Shown in pieces: positions 34,781 through 46,084 of a stretch of 64,000 nt of DNA. The stretch comes from Naegleria gruberi (lineage: Eukaryota). The notes beneath the pieces are model-generated. The model was not told the DNA's origin, ran no database searches, and worked only from the letters and a program-made list of their open reading frames with translations. Every line of letters begins with the position of its first letter. Within the stretch, counting starts at the first letter, position 1. The DNA lies in NCBI GenBank assembly GCA_000004985.1, contig GG738932.1; one strand, written 5' to 3'. A program made the translations under genes and the position numbers.

Positions 34781-35081
34781 GAACAATGAAACTAATCCAG
34801 GAATTACAAATTCATAATAAAAAGTAAACAAGTGTCCCATGTTGAATACCTTCTCAGAGTTCCAAATGTAAAAGGGAAATATGGAAGAATAAACCTATTT
34901 TAATTGAGAATGGCCCAAGAACAATTGAGCAAAGAAGTGCTAAACACTTTACAATTTGGAAGATTTTGAAAATTCTGAATTTTTATTCGCCCCTATATGT
35001 ATAAATAGTTATTACAATATTTCAATCTACCAATGAAAATAAAGCATGGTAGAGAAAGAATCACCAAGTATTTTAGCCACA

Positions 35082-35258
35082 TTATTGCCAACAGCAAACA
35101 TAATTACCAATATAGAGAGGGAGACACCAACAGTTACAACCATCGATACGAAAATTAAGCTCACACGTTCCACAACACCAACCAGCTTCACTGAAACTAA
35201 CGAGAGTTGTTCCAATAAGTACTAGAACCAACAATAGGTGCAACAAGTTCATATTCAT
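35082..35258 (-). CDS. Small secreted cysteine-rich peptide of about 58 aa. Speculative.
   Basis: MNMNLLHLLLVLVLIGTTLVSFSEA is a signal peptide, followed by GWCCGTCELNFRIDGCNCWCLPLYIGNYVCCWQ, which has 10 Cys in 33 residues. Confidence 0.3.
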   Translation of the reverse strand: MNMNLLHLLLVLVLIGTTLVSFSEAGWCCGTCELNFRIDGCNCWCLPLYIGNYVCCWQ

Positions 35259-35579
35259 TCTTTTATTTGGACTAGCAATCAAATCACCGCTGTATTTAAA
35301 GATACTGGGAGATTGATATGGTTGGAAAATTGCTTAAAATTCTCAAGTATATATTAGGAAAATGTACAGATTGCATTAAAAACACAAAATATGGAAGTGC
35401 TCTATCTTGTCAAATTTCCTATTTTATGGAAAAATTTATGAAATTCTCTCTCAATAATTGTAAACTAGTTCAAATTTTTTTATCAAATTTGGAAATAATC
35501 TTTGTTTGTTTTTGGAAACACACTATAAATATTCTCATTTGGGACCTATCATAATTTCCACTCAAAAACAAAACCACAC

Positions 35580-35975
35580 ATGTCAGAAGTTCACATTTAC
35601 ACAATTGAGTGCATTCTCGACCACGTAGGAGCCGATCCAGGAGACACCACTGAATCTGACTCTGAAATTACAACCTCAATTACCATTGGTGGAAAGACAA
35701 AATCCTCAGGTCCATTCACTCTTCCAGTAAATCAAAATTTGAATCCACCCCTCCAATTACTATTATATAAAGATGCCATTCTCGATGCTGGAAATCTTTC
35801 TGTGAGTATGTTTGAAGTGGATTCTACCACACCAAATGATACGATTATTGGATGGACATGGCTAGCTCCAAGATTGCCTGTTGTTGGAATTGCAAGTCAA
35901 CCTTTCGTCTATCCATTTGGACAGGGAAGAGAAAATCCAACACAGGAGATGGTTATGAAGGAAGGGTTATTGTAA
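35580..35975 (+). CDS. Hypothetical protein (131 aa)
   Basis: ORF with coding-like composition. It is followed by the same ~100-bp 3' element as the 34282 gene. I do not recognise a domain. Confidence 0.35.
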   Translation: MSEVHIYTIECILDHVGADPGDTTESDSEITTSITIGGKTKSSGPFTLPVNQNLNPPLQLLLYKDAILDAGNLSVSMFEVDSTTPNDTIIGWTWLAPRLPVVGIASQPFVYPFGQGRENPTQEMVMKEGLL

Positions 35976-36083
35976 ATGTTCAGAGAGTGTTGTAGCAAGT
36001 AAAAATAAATGTTTGTTGTCTGAGACACAAAATTGAGAGGAACAATATTTCGTCTGGTTTAGTTTGACATGATTTTCAGTGAT

Positions 36084-36189
36084 GCAACAATGGAAATATG
36101 AATTTTTCAAATTTAGAATGGTAGTTTCCAAAATGAAAATGTTATTGTATTGTTTGAGAGGAATAAGATAATTATTTCGTCTGGTTTTG
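36084..36189. repeat. Conserved ~100-bp element, 3' of the 35580 gene. Copy 2 of 2.
   Basis: See 34693-34780. Confidence 0.6.
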
Positions 36190-36588
36190 TATGAACCTAA
36201 TAAAGTCCAAATTTGTATTATTTTATGGTTGTTGATTCGAAAGTAAACGAAACAGTTTCAAGCAGTATATTTGATGGAGGACGTGATTCGAATAATTTGG
36301 ACAATTCCAATACATTGATGGCAATTCAACTTGCCAATGATAATCATCAATATCAAAATATCAGAAAATGATTTCTCTTCGGCAGGAGTTTCGTTTTTTG
36401 GAAATTATGTTTCGAATTGTGGCAAGTCTTCTAATTTTTCCAAACTAAAATTTGGTGATGATTCGCTCAAATTGTAATTTGTATTCTCTCTCTATGGAGA
36501 GGGTGTCTAAATATGGCGATTGTTATAACATGTTTAGAATTAGTTTCGTCAAGAATCTGATAATTTTCAAACACAAAAAAACAACAAC

Positions 36589-37038
36589 ATGCCATCTGCC
36601 ACCAATCATACAACATTCACTTTCCAATCTACTTCCCCAAATCACATGTTTGGCATTCTCAAAAGCCAGAAAACAATACAGCTGTCAAAACATGAATCAG
36701 TTTTTTGTTTGACATCTGGCATTGACTTACAATTCACGCCAACCAAAAAGCAAACCAAGAAAAGAACCAACAAGAAAACTTCCAACAAGAATAATCTTTT
36801 AGAAAATTTATCTGATTGCACAACAAGTGAAATTTCACAAGATTCGACAATGTCACTAATCATTTCACAACATGTCAAACCACAAACTCAATTTATAGCT
36901 TCTCCACAACAAACTCCATCAATTTCGAATACAACAAGTTCAAATTTGCCAAAATCATCACTTTCGTCCAATGCAAATACGAATGTCAGTAAGAAAGTTA
37001 TTCGAACTTCAATTTCCATTCGAGAATTATTAAATTAA
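36589..37038 (+). CDS. SISIRELLN-family paralog d (149 aa)
   Basis: Motif FTFQSTSPNHMFGILKSQK...HESVFCL. C-terminus KKVIRTSISIRELLN-stop. Confidence 0.65.
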   Translation: MPSATNHTTFTFQSTSPNHMFGILKSQKTIQLSKHESVFCLTSGIDLQFTPTKKQTKKRTNKKTSNKNNLLENLSDCTTSEISQDSTMSLIISQHVKPQTQFIASPQQTPSISNTTSSNLPKSSLSSNANTNVSKKVIRTSISIRELLN

Positions 37039-37859
37039 AATTTAATTTTCATTGAAAAAACAAGGTTCGCACAACAAACATTAAAAAATGGTATTAATTC
37101 AAGATTTAATTTCCAAAATGATCAAACTCTTTCCATTTTTGTAAAATTTAAATATTATTTAAAAATAAATTTAATTTCTCAAAAAATCAAATTGTTCTTT
37201 TCAATTCCTGATGAAATTTATCATTGCAAGGAGATCTTGTGCTCTGATGAAGAGAACTACCTCCAAAAAGACAATAATCTAAACCTGTTCGATCACATCA
37301 ACTTTTTATGACCCAGTGAATTTGTCAATTGGGCACAAATTCGTGGAGCTGTCCAAACAGAAACTAAAGAAACAGCAAAGCCTATTCCAGTTGTGTGATC
37401 TTTCCACATGATCTCAGTTCATAATAGACACAAGAAAACACAATGCTAATAATAAAAATATAATTTTATTTAATTATTGAAATATGTGGAAAGATTTCCA
37501 ACCTTGAAATTTACCTAGTTGGAAAATTTACCATTAGTGAATTTTATTGATGGTGTGATGATGATGACCATTAAGATATTTACCTTAATGATCGGACTTG
37601 CTGATGATATTGATGATAAAAGATATGATGAAGTGAAAATTCCACAACTCGATGAATACTAAGTGGAAAATTCAAACTCTCTTGATGGTGATATTAGACA
37701 TCCCTACTAATGATACTACGTTGTTGAAATTCAATCATCATGATGAAAATATATGGTGAATGATGAATACACCACCAACAAGGTGAAAACTCCAAATATC
37801 CAAAAACTATTATTCGGAGTGTTGTTGATGATGTATTTGAATGGTACTATTCGAAGAAA

Positions 37860-38030
37860 GTTTGGTTGATGATGAAGTACATGTTGAAATATGGTCCATG
37901 TAATATTTTGAATATATGCATGTACCTATCTTGATGAAAACAAAATTCCAATCTATGAAATTCGAATATGTATTGCTTTATACTATTACAAATAATCCCA
38001 CATATGAATTTCTGATGATGATTCACCAAC
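37860..38030 (-). repeat. Dispersed ~300-bp repeat, copy 3 (inverted and partial), embedded in GATGAT-rich sequence at about 37450-38340
   Basis: The reverse complement contains gataggtacatgcatatattcaaaatattacatggaccatatttcaacatgtacttcatcatcaaccaaac, matching the cores of copies 1 and 2. Confidence 0.6.
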
Positions 38031-38833
38031 TTTAATTTTTCCAATAACAAAATTACTATCTAATTCCATAACAATAAACTTCCACATAAAATTACTATTA
38101 TTACTATTATATTGATGATGTATAGATGATGAGGTTCAATTCTTGGAGTGGGAAGATGAAGAACCACTCTGAAAATAAACTACTCATAAAATTGATATTT
38201 TTTATGAATGCTAGATACGTCTTTATTGAGTTTGCTGTATGATGAAAGTATAATAAAAATTACTACTGTAACTACTATTTAAATGATGTTGAGATGATGA
38301 TGTGAAAGTTTGGTAGCTTACAGATATGAAACCACTCAAAGAATCATCAAGTCATTGACTTTATTTTTAGGTCTTCATTAAGTTGATCAGGTGAAACGGT
38401 TTCAAGATGCTTTCTTCTCTCACCCAAAGAAGTGATGGTGTTGAAAATTAGCATCAAGGTTCTTTTCAGAACCAGCTTTGTTGTTATCTAAGGTCAACCA
38501 TAGAGAAGAGTGATACTGAGCTACTATTGTCAGTTACTAGGATGTAACTTGACTTGTTGGTAGAAGTTGAAGATTTGTTTGCTGAAACTCTTTGACGAAT
38601 GTTAGAGATATTCGTTTTGCTTGGTGTTTGAATTATTTCAATACACTTTCTTTTGTTGAGCATAAAAATTATTTATCAACTCAATTTTATTGTTTACAAT
38701 TTGTGTTTAAATACTAATGTTACATCGTTCCTCACAACTCTACACTACTTTATCTCAGTAAACTTTAATAAAAACACCTTTCTTAATTGAGTTTGACGAA
38801 TTGATCAGTTCAATAATAATAATTTTACTGAGA

Positions 38834-39724
38834 TTAGTGTAATCTAGTTTTTCCACTACCTGGACATCTTTCTGGACAAGTATTTAAATCAGCATCGTGG
38901 AATAAAAAGTGCATTGTTGTGAACATGGTAAGACTACTTTCATGCTTCATACAATCATCAGAACAAAAGTTCTTACAGAATAACCATGGAATGAATGGAC
39001 CTTCCCATTGACCAATTGGATAACATTCTTGAACACTGTGTGAATAGAATAAGACAGCAGAAACTTGACCTTCATGATACATTGGAATAACTGGAACCAA
39101 AGTTTTACTCCAACCACTCAAGTGTGGAGCAGTGTAAACGTCATACCCAAAGTGGGTTCCCATCCCTTGGATACATGCCCCTTTAATGAATTGACGAGCA
39201 GTAGCTAACTTGTCAGTAAGTGGAATTTCAAAATTAAGCTTTCCTGGTTGGACAATTAAACGATCACCAATTGGTCCTCCATAAATGTCAGTATCTAAAG
39301 AGCATGCAAACTTTGGATCACGAGTAGCAATATCAATTTGATATCTATCTTTGGAGAGCTTGGTCCAAAATCCTGGAACAGTTGATCCATTCTTTAATTC
39401 CTCATGTAATTGAACTCCAAATCCACTCAATTGTCCCTTATTGGTATAATAAACAATAACTCTATTATTAATATATGGAATGCCCAAATATTCATGACAT
39501 ACACGAGCACCATCCAACAATTTCCATTCATTAGAGGCAACAGCAGCACTTTCGTTCAATGGAATTGGAGTTTTGCTGAAGAATGTATGTGTCAAACGAT
39601 CACCCAATCCTTGGAATTTAGTAACCGATCTAGTATTTTGAATCATCTTGTCCAATTCAATACCTTGAAGTTCAGAGACAATCATCATCATGATAACAAC
39701 AACAGCAAAAGCCACCTTCATCAT
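38834..39724 (-). CDS. Secreted protein of about 296 aa, family unknown
   Basis: The likely start is MMKVAFAVVVIMMMIVSELQG (signal peptide) at 39724; the ORF extends upstream to 39814. Cys-containing globular protein (LDGARVCHEYLGIPYINN...). No domain recognised. Confidence 0.65.
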   Translation of the reverse strand: MMKVAFAVVVIMMMIVSELQGIELDKMIQNTRSVTKFQGLGDRLTHTFFSKTPIPLNESAAVASNEWKLLDGARVCHEYLGIPYINNRVIVYYTNKGQLSGFGVQLHEELKNGSTVPGFWTKLSKDRYQIDIATRDPKFACSLDTDIYGGPIGDRLIVQPGKLNFEIPLTDKLATARQFIKGACIQGMGTHFGYDVYTAPHLSGWSKTLVPVIPMYHEGQVSAVLFYSHSVQECYPIGQWEGPFIPWLFCKNFCSDDCMKHESSLTMFTTMHFLFHDADLNTCPERCPGSGKTRLH

Positions 39725-41083
39725 CACAGAATTATTATTAATTCTCATCATCGGAACGGGTGCGCGATTTTTTATGTTTTTTTTTAATGGAGATGAAACT
39801 CTGAAAACTTGCACAATCTATGAAGTATCCTCCTTCGACCAGTCCGTCCTTAGAGTGGAACAGTGTGTTGGGCAACTCCTTTATGTTTGTGTGAGGTCCT
39901 TCCTTGAGGCCAATGTTAGTAATAGATTGCAATTATTATTTTAAGTGGGATGTTGGTTGATGAATGTTCCATGGCTCAAATTTATTTCTAATTGATGATA
40001 TGAAGATATTGTGAGAGGAGAATCAACGCTAATCGAAGATGTTGTTGAAGTGCGGAAGATGAAGGTCCATCTCCTCAACAGTTCCTAATAATTAAAACAA
40101 TTAAATATAAAAATTATGAATCCTCACCCGATCCATATCCAGTCTCACTACCCTGTGGATATATTTCATATGAAAAGTTTAAGGAATTATTCCAGATTGT
40201 CTCAAGGATTCCATCAGAAAAAATAGAGATGATATCAATCGTCTCTTCTCATCTGAAAAAAAGCAAGTTGCAAATTACCTTAATCAATAGTTTAGAAAAC
40301 TTGAAAGAGGTGGAATTTCATTCGTGTTGAGAGTTGGTCCTGTAAATCTCAAACACCATGTCTTTGGAAGAGAATTTCCTCAGAGATGAAGATAAGGAAA
40401 AACAACTTGTCAAGAAAAAGAACAGAAACAAAAGAGAATGGAAAAGAAGGAGGAATTTCTTTTAAATGGAGAAGTGGCAAACCAGATACATGTGAATAAA
40501 AATACCAAATTTACAAAATGGGATTCACCTTCCAGAGACGGAAAGTAAATCACACTGATATGCATTTGGAAGAGTGATGGATTTTGGAAAGTATTCTTGC
40601 TTTTATCTAATTGCAAGTTTCGAATAAAAATGTTAATCCTTCTCATTCTAATTTAAAAATTGGTTAATAATATTTTGCTGTAGATACTTTTGGCGCCAAA
40701 CAGTAACTAAACATGAGTGTATGCATTGTATTCGCTTCGTTACTAACCAATGATTCGTTCACATTAAGGTGGAACACCTGTCGAATTAGATGTCAAGAAA
40801 AGTGTGATATTCTCAAGTTGTGGAACAGATTCTTAATGCATAAATAACCAACAAATCAACATTTTCATGATTCTACTTCGATATTTCATTTTCTCTTTCG
40901 TATAAAACTAGATCAGAATTAAAATACGAAACATTGTTTATTTGTGGTTATTCTCGTCAAGAACTTGCCTTTTGAGGGTTTATCACGTTTTGTGAGGGAT
41001 GTCAAGCTTTCACCTCAAGAATTGTCTTGTTTCAAACCACACAAAAAAAAATCAACAAGAAACTTAACGAAACTAATATCAAA

Positions 41084-41940
41084 ATGAAAGGTTCCTACTT
41101 GCACGAATTGGTACAGAAACGCTCACAAGATGTGGAAACTAGACTAAAGCTTATTATTAAACACAGTATGACTCAAGTTTCGAATAATTGTGAGGAATAT
41201 AAAAAACTTACGGAAGACGAAACTCTACAACGAATGCCATCATCACGAGAGTAAGTAAGCCAACCATCACCACAACACGTTTCTAATAACATTTATCATC
41301 ACAACATGTTTAAATTTCTTGACCTTTTTTCAGTCACAAATCTTTCCAATACAAAGACTTTCTTCCATTCGAATGTCATGAAATTAGAAAGATGTGTGGC
41401 ATGACAGAGAGAGAATTCTTCATGTCCATTCAAGAATCCACCTTTTCTTTCGAATTCCACAAAGATTTAGAAAATAAGAAATGTTTCGTCCAAAGCATGA
41501 CGAAAGATTCCAAATTCTTCATCAAATCAGTTACCAAAATGGAAGCAAAAGAAATCAGATCCACCATCATTCCATCTCTCATTAAGGAAATGAAAAAATC
41601 ACGAAATATTACCATTGCGCCAATTATGGGTTTATTCAAAATTATTGTAAACAAGAAAACTATTCGATTTGTGGTAACTTTGAACTTTTTCAAGCCAGCT
41701 GAGGATTTTATTGAAGCACTTTCGTTTGATGAGAGCAAGTCAATTTCCTATTCGAATGATTCATTGAATTCGTATAAACAACATCAACAGTATTCGTTGA
41801 GTGTAAATAGAAATGAAGATTTGGCGGGAAATGATTCGAATAACTTGTCGAGGAAGAGTCAATGGTTGAAATCCCATAGATTTTCAATCCAAGTGAATGA
41901 TTTAAACAAATTGAAGGAATCTTGGAGTGAGTTGTATTAA
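41084..41940 (+). CDS. PIPK-like protein (phosphatidylinositol-phosphate kinase N-terminal region only, about 255 aa). Exons 41084..41250 and 41334..41940.
   Basis: An 83-nt intron (41251-41333, GTAAGT...TTTTTTCAG, phase 2). The product KDFLPFECHEIRKMCGMTEREFFMSIQES...SKFFIKSVTKMEAKEI...IRFVVTLNFF aligns to the PIPK core (FKDYCPxVFRxLRExFGI...RFIIKTIxxEDV...VVMxNxF). The catalytic DLKGS and MDYSLL half is absent from the ORF and from obvious downstream frames. Confidence 0.6.
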
Positions 41941-42700
41941 AAATTATTCGAAACTTATCGAATGAGAACTTGAACATGAAAATGATTCGGCTGCAGATAA
42001 ACATGAAGAATTAATGACAGTAGAAAACAATATACTAACAAAATAAAATACGAAACTCTCAAATTTGCTAAATTGAGAAGAAAAAGAAATTGTAAATGAA
42101 AAGGACATGGTTTCTAATAGATCGGATTAGTTTGAAATAGTCCAAGATGATGAACAGTTGCAACCTTTATTCTTATCTCCTTGGTCATGATATCCATAGT
42201 GAAAAATGGGAATGACTATAATTTTTACGAAACGGATTGAAACCTACCTATTTTGCAGCTTGCCTTCTTTTAATTCAATGATGGCAGGACTTTTGACATC
42301 TACCTTCCCCTTACGATAATGAAGGCATCATGAAATTATACTCTCGATATCACTTTCTATTCTCTCAAAAGGAATTTTGCTGTTTCAGATAAATGAAGAC
42401 AAAGCTTCTATGGAAAACTATTAAAAGTTTCGTGGATATCGAAGGAAATTAGGAGTGAATGACAGTTTCCAATAACTGATCTTGGTTCCCTTATAGATTT
42501 TGGCGCCACTATCTTTGCGAGAAGAGGTTATTCGAATGAAGACGAAATGAATTTTTTCATCCCCGTGAAAGTATGCTCAACACCTATTTAGCAAATACAA
42601 ATGGCAATGTTAACACAAAACGGATTCTTTGCGATAAGGGAGCCGAATCTAATTTAAACAAAAAGAAACTTAAATATTCTAGCAATAATTCAAAAAAAAC

Positions 42701-43204
42701 ATGTCTACAACACATCTATTCAATACTCTCAACAATAGTGCTAACAGATATCGTCACACTAGTCCTCATTCCATCATGATGATGTCAACTAACAATATTC
42801 TGCATTCGTCTCCTTCCACACTTTCGAATAATACCTTTCCAATAACCAAAGTGATTAAAAACAATGCAGTACCACATACACAGCAATCCAAGATAACAAA
42901 GCCATCCAAAACTAAAAAGGCAACCTATTTGGAAGGTTTCGACACTGTTTCTTTCACTGCCAATCAATCAATGTTTGGCGTTACTAGAAAACGAAAGAGT
43001 AAACCAATCGAATATGAACAAGTTTTGAATTTTGGTTGTATTGCTCCTCCTTCCAGTGAGAATAGTGTCATTCCACGAAAGATGAGACAATCTCTTGATA
43101 ATTATTCAAGCGTTTCGTCCACTTCTTCCACAACGACGTCAAATGAAAGAACGAGTCCAAGAATTGTGAGAACTTCCATTAGTATTCGAGAATTGTTGAA
43201 TTGA
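42701..43204 (+). CDS. SISIRELLN-family paralog e (167 aa)
   Basis: Motif GFDTVSFTANQSMFGVTRKRKSKPIEYEQVLNF. C-terminus SPRIVRTSISIRELLN-stop. Confidence 0.7.
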   Translation: MSTTHLFNTLNNSANRYRHTSPHSIMMMSTNNILHSSPSTLSNNTFPITKVIKNNAVPHTQQSKITKPSKTKKATYLEGFDTVSFTANQSMFGVTRKRKSKPIEYEQVLNFGCIAPPSSENSVIPRKMRQSLDNYSSVSSTSSTTTSNERTSPRIVRTSISIRELLN

Positions 43205-43466
43205 GTTGTTCAATTCTCAATTATATTGTAAATATTTCCCTTTGTAAATATGATGTAAATACTATTAGAGAGAGATTGTAGTAGCTTTCACATTAAGTTG
43301 TGAATTTTTTGCTATTCGAATAAAAACTAAATTATTTTCCTAGAATCCTATTTGCTTGTTAATTGTATTGAATTGAAGGATTAATTGATGACAATCAAAT
43401 AAAATATCACGTCAATTATCACAAAATATTCGAATATTAAAGAGAAATAGTTTGTATAAAATTCAT

Positions 43467-44862
43467 TTAACATTCCCAATCAAATGTTAAATCCGAATAT
43501 TCACATCTTGCTCTTGTCATTGCTTTCAAATTAGCTAACATCCATTCAATTCTCTTTCCAGTCAATCGAATGCCATGATAATAAGTATTTGAAGAGAATG
43601 AACAAACTCCAATTTTCCATCTCAAATATTCTTCATTCTCTGGTGTTGAAAAACTTGTAAGGTTATAAATGTTTTTTCCTTTTAAGTCATCTTCAACACC
43701 AAGCATTTCATTAGAACCATTGGATCCAGAACAATAGAATGAGCCAGTTGATGATTCAAATAAGGTGTGATGCCATCCACACCAAATATCAACAATTGGT
43801 TGAGGTGTTTCAATTAATACAGGAAATCCAAAATCACTTGTCACTTCTCCTTGTGAAAGTTGTCCATATGAATTGAATCCAAAGCCATAAACCTTTCTAC
43901 TTTCTGATTTTCATTATTTTGTATTTTCAAAAGAAGCGAAATAACTTACTAGTCAAAACAATGGTGTGAAGAGCTCCAAGAGCAAGCTTAATCACATGTT
44001 CTCCTAAATCATTCATTGGTTGGTGTCGAACGAATCGAGGATTATCTCCACTACTATTTCCCAATCCTTGTTGAGAATAAACTCCCCATCCTTGATTTCA
44101 AATACATGAATATTCATGTCAATTATTCAATAAAATTTGCAATTACAAACCTGTTGTGAGTAGTTTTCCATTAGCAGTAACTACCAAAGTTCTATAATAA
44201 GCAGGATACACATCAAGAATATGATCATCCTCATCCAGAACATACTCAAATTTAATTTTTCCTCCACCACACCCACCCAAACATCCATACGCATCAGATC
44301 CTGTTCCATAAACCTCATGATTATTAGTAATTGCCATCATGTGAGATAATCCAGTTCCAACATACTCAAAATGCAATGCTTCTTCCTGTCCAAACTTTTC
44401 CTCCTTCCACACATCATTAATTGAAAACAATCTTCCACTCTCCATCACAGCATATAACACTGAATTGGTAGCACACAATTGTTTGAAAGGACTTTTATCC
44501 ATCTCTCTCAATTTCTCAGTATTCAATTCATGTAATTTGTCTGGATCCTCACCATCATCATAATTTGGATTTCCAATTACAAAAGATCCTCTTCCGAGCA
44601 GCAATACCTTACCACTCTTCATCAGGAAGATTACGATCGAATCACTATTAGTAACACTCAATACAATATCATCATGATCGGGAAAAAGTATGGTAGGGAC
44701 AGCATGGGAGCCTGATCTATAGACGATCGATTCGTTGATGGAGTTACAGTTGGGAGTGTAGAGTTCGGGTCTGTAGAGACGATAAAAGTTTAATTCATAC
44801 GATGCCATTTTTTTTTTACTGTCGTGGAGTTCATTGCTTTCAATATCAAAAAAGAACATCAT
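43467..44862 (-). CDS. RCC1-repeat (beta-propeller) protein of about 429 aa. Exons 44862..44151, 44090..43950 and 43903..43467.
   Basis: Intron 1 is 44091-44150 (60 nt, GTTTGT...AAG) and intron 2 is 43904-43949 (46 nt, GTAAGT...CAG), both phase 1. The spliced product has repeated RCC1 motifs (VYGTGSDAYGCLG, GWGVYSQQGLGNSSGDNP, VYGFGFNSYGQLSQGE, CSGSNGSNEMLGV). The start may instead be MASYE at 44808. Confidence 0.7.
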
Positions 44863-44965
44863 CAGTTACAACAAGTTCATAATACGAGTACAAAGCTTTT
44901 TGAAGTTGACCAAGATATCATGTAAGAGTAGAATATTTTTGGACTATTAAATATATGAACATGAA

Positions 44966-45038
44966 GCTGGCGTAGCTCAGTCGGTAGAGCGTTGGTCTAA
45001 TAAGCCATTGGTCGCCGGTTCGATCCCGTCCGTCAGCA
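44966..45038 (+). tRNA. tRNA-Ile (anticodon AAU)
   Basis: A 73-nt cloverleaf. Acceptor GCTGGCG/CGTCAGC, D-arm GCTC-AGTCGGTA-GAGC, anticodon loop CTAATAA, T-loop GGTTCGATCC. One C-T mismatch in the T-stem and a G-T pair in the acceptor stem. Confidence 0.8.
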
Positions 45039-45154
45039 GATAATTTTGATTTTTATCACAAGTTAAATTTATTTAAGCAAAATTGCAAAACTTCACAAAC
45101 TTCTTGATTTCAAATCATTCTCTCAAAATTTTCAAAAATTCTTTTCTTTTCCAT

Positions 45155-46084
45155 TTAAAAATAAGAATCAACCTTCTTACATTCGTATTTGGCACAGACC
45201 TTCTTATTTTCATATTCACAACAAACCTTCTTTCCACCAACTAACTTGTGCTTCTTACAGACCTTCTTTCCCTTTGACTTTTTAATGCATTTCTTGTAAT
45301 TCTTCTTGTGGATACATTTGGAAGGAACAGTTTCATGTTTACAACAAACCTTCTTGGTGTTGTACTTGACACATTTGGAATGAGTCTTGTGTTTCTTACA
45401 GAATTGGACGTTCTTGTATTGGGCACAGAAATGTTTTGTCTTGTGTTCACAACATTTCTTGAAATTCTTCTTTTCCTTACAATATTTGACATTCTTGAAT
45501 TTGCAACATTTCTTGGCATATGACACAACACGACATTTCTTGACACTGCTGCATTTTGGAGGAGCATATGAATCAGTAGTGTACTTGTCACAAACCTTGT
45601 GAGTTTCACACTTCTTGATTGGAACCTTTTCGTATTTTTCACAAACTTTCTTTGTGGCATGTTTTACACATTTAGTTTCGTTTGTGTATTTGGAACAATA
45701 CTTCTTACTTCCCTTCTTGGCACAGACCTTCTTATTTCCATAGGAATCACAAGTTTTCCATGTCTTATGCTTGGCACAGGTTGTCTTTTTAGTTTCGTAT
45801 TTGACACATCTCTTGGTTGGCTTACTATACTTGTCGCATTTAGAATAATTCTTGTATTTGAGACATTTTCCAGCACCAACAACAGCATACTTATCGCAAA
45901 CCTTCTTTTGACCTTCGAGTTTGTGTTTCAAACATTTACCTTTAACTGTCTTGTAAGAAACACATTTCTTCTCACAAGGAGGTTTGTAAGTATCAGGTTT
46001 TGGTTGATAGGAATCAGTTGCTTGAACTGCCAAAATGGAAAGTAAGAGCACAAGGCCGATTACAATGATTTGCTTGGTTTGCAT
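45155..46084 (-). CDS. Secreted Lys/Cys-rich repetitive protein (309 aa)
   Basis: Signal peptide MQTKQIIVIGLVLLLSILAVQA. The rest is about 30 iterations of C-x-K-[YH]-x(5-8) (KKVCDKY, KKCVSYK, KCVKH...), with roughly 55 Cys and 80 Lys. Overlapping ORFs on the + strand are shadows of this gene. Confidence 0.7.
   Translation of the reverse strand: MQTKQIIVIGLVLLLSILAVQATDSYQPKPDTYKPPCEKKCVSYKTVKGKCLKHKLEGQKKVCDKYAVVGAGKCLKYKNYSKCDKYSKPTKRCVKYETKKTTCAKHKTWKTCDSYGNKKVCAKKGSKKYCSKYTNETKCVKHATKKVCEKYEKVPIKKCETHKVCDKYTTDSYAPPKCSSVKKCRVVSYAKKCCKFKNVKYCKEKKNFKKCCEHKTKHFCAQYKNVQFCKKHKTHSKCVKYNTKKVCCKHETVPSKCIHKKNYKKCIKKSKGKKVCKKHKLVGGKKVCCEYENKKVCAKYECKKVDSYF

Noticed and set aside
42140-42360. Possible small two-exon minus-strand gene (…YRKGKVDVKSPAIIELKEGKLQN / SFPFFTMDIMTKEIRIKVATVHHLG)
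   Set aside because: No recognisable domain and no clear start. It may be a remnant. The evidence is too weak to call.
45241-46045. Plus- and minus-strand ORFs (45241-45660, 45308-45523, 45387-45602, 45599-46045, 45664-45888) overlapping the Lys/Cys-rich gene
   Set aside because: These are shadow ORFs created by the AAG/TGT-rich periodic coding sequence of the real gene on the minus strand. They have no signal peptide or domain logic.
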